Origin: Balanoglossus misakiensis
Lineage: Eukaryota > Animalia > Hemichordata
DNA: 64,000 nucleotides
Assembly: GCA_040954595.2 (NCBI GenBank)
Contig: CM082585.2
Location: forward strand, 9,660,564-9,724,563
Reading direction: 5' to 3'
The notes under the pieces were generated by a model that was not told the origin of the DNA, did not search any database, and worked only from the letters and a program-made list of their open reading frames with translations. Shown here in pieces: positions 62,016 to 64,000 of this stretch. Position numbers and translations under genes: made by a program. How positions within the stretch are numbered: position 1 is the first letter of the stretch; each line of letters opens with the position of its first letter.

Positions 62016-64000
62016 CTGTAACAGAACATGCCAGTGGTTATCATCACGGTTAATTGAAATTGCATCTGCTGAAGAAGGCTTGCCATTTTATTTAAATTAA
62101 TCATTCGTGATGACAGACAACACAGGCAATCCCATGTCGTTGTGGTGTTTGAATCACTCTCAAGAAACAAAATAATCAACAAAAAGCTAATCAAGCAATG
62201 TATTACATAAAAATAAGTTGTGTAAGAATGAGTGGAAACGTGGTAAATAAATTGGTATAGACACTCAGTGTGTTATGCCTGTGAGTAGCAATCTATCCAA
62301 ATCATTTCAACCTTGGGACTTAATTCGATGTTCTATGGACGCAGACCAATTTATGGAAATGGTCTGCAGAAAGCCAGCGATACACGTTTGACTACATTAA
62401 CGGGAAATTGCTTGGCTGTGGAAACCTGTCATTGAAGAAAATAGCCTGTGCGGGTGATCCGGAATCAAACATGTATTTAGAAAATGAATTGGAACATACG
62501 CATTAGCAAATGGGGCAAATGTCAAACACAGTTAACTTGCTGTGAATGCAGCCTGTTAAATACGATTAAATTATAGGGAGTGTTTAGATTTGTGCGTCTC
62601 AAAAGAAACCATTGCTTTAACTTTTTGAGTTGTTTATAGATGTTGTCACATGTACTGGTACTGCTATAATAGGGCGAAATTCTGTCTTGTGAATTTTTAA
62701 ATAAGGGAGTAACCATAATTTGCCGCGCTTGAAGTCACATTTCATGGATAATAGTGCATTATCTTACACCCTGGCTTTTAAATGAGTAAATCAGAACATG
62801 TTAATCACCTGTACCACTGTAAGCAAAATTGCCTTTTTGTAAAAAGTGGTGTAATTTAACTGCAATTGGTAGGGTACCATTATTATTATCATCATAAATT
62901 CCGTATTAAGAATGCCTCTGCAGTGTCAATCTACTCATCCTCTGGTTAACCCTATTTACTGCAGAAAATCGGTCAAGCAACATGGAATTTGTCACCTTGT
63001 GCATCTGTTAGACATCAGTTAACGCTGTCATTTCCTCACCAATGCATCCTCACACCTGACTTCACAGCTCTGTGATGTCATGGGTGATGATTTGACATGT
63101 CCCATATGAGTTAACGCGGAGAGTAACATCCGCACACACACATGTACTGAGTGAAGCATATTGCAAATTCAATTGTGGTTATTTTACAACTAAACGTTCT
63201 ATTCCTCTCAAATCAGAAATTAACATCGTCGTCTCTTGCATTACTTGAATGTACATTTGCACAAAGGATCAGAGCAAAACAGGATATGTGACATTAGGGA
63301 CATTGACCTTTAGAATGACATCACTGAGTGTGGTCATGTCGGAGACTTATTTTAATTGCTAGGCATCGTCAGTTGTGTCAAAGATAATAGGCAATTTAAC
63401 CCGCTCCTTGCAAGAACGAGGACATACTACATTTGTAGTAGTGAATGGCAAACAGAAGGGGTTCAGGGTTTAAACTGTGAAGTAAAAACCCAAATGAACA
63501 TTTCGCGACCAGGCACTGTTTATTGTACGTGTTGATTTATACTGGTTGTTCGTTAGAGTCGTAATTCACTGGTAACCTCCAAAGACCTTTGACTTTATAA
63601 CCATGTGCTTAAACACATGAAGTACTTGTTATTGCGGTAGGTTATTAGGATTCCCCACCATGATGGATTCACATCACGTACCTTGACGATGTGATTCTAA
63701 TATCCGCGAGCTTTCGCGTCAACCAAGTTGTTTGTTTAACTTTTCTGAGCAAGTCGTTCACAGAATCCGCCGTCCAAACAACTTGTAAAAGTCAGGCGGC
63801 AATTACAGTTCTTGATCTGTGAAACACAGCTTGTTGCGTGTGTATTCCAGGTATTAAGTAAACTCGGTTCTGTCTTGCCAATCACGTTATCAGCAGATAC
63901 CATTGTTGTTCTGTGTTTGACTTAGGGACGGGAACGAGCAGAATTTTATTACTGCTACTTCTCTCGCATATTTATACTTTGGAGCCGAAATTGGTTTCAA

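Noticed and set aside
63681-63850. Candidate first exon of cyclase B (donor-like AG|GTACGT)
   Set aside because: The required phase hits a stop within ~13 codons and shows no similarity to exon 1 of paralogue A.

Overview
AT-rich eukaryotic genomic DNA with GT-AG introns; the gene and repeat content suggests a marine invertebrate such as a hemichordate or echinoderm (inference only). Manual splicing gives seven protein-coding loci. On the + strand: two tandem NRF-6/OACYL-type genes (NRF domain plus acyltransferase-3 domain; the first is cut at the window start), a small multi-exon orphan gene (~13.8-18.9 kb) that the ORF track does not show as a unit, and a MINDY4B-like pseudo-deubiquitinase. 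On the - strand: a rhodopsin-class GPCR with an intronless CDS and two tandem receptor guanylyl cyclases, one complete (21 exons, ~1018 aa) and one lacking its first exon. Mobile DNA includes a 1.47-kb Helentron/DINE-1-like element with 238-bp repeats rich in AGGTCA half-sites, and several MITE families. Most interesting: both acyltransferase paralogues share loss of conserved AT3 motif residues; the orphan gene; the nuclear-receptor-site array inside a transposon; and inverted TTAA-ended repeats bracketing six exons. I found no clear-cut new multi-gene system. Family assignments come from recalled motifs, not database searches.
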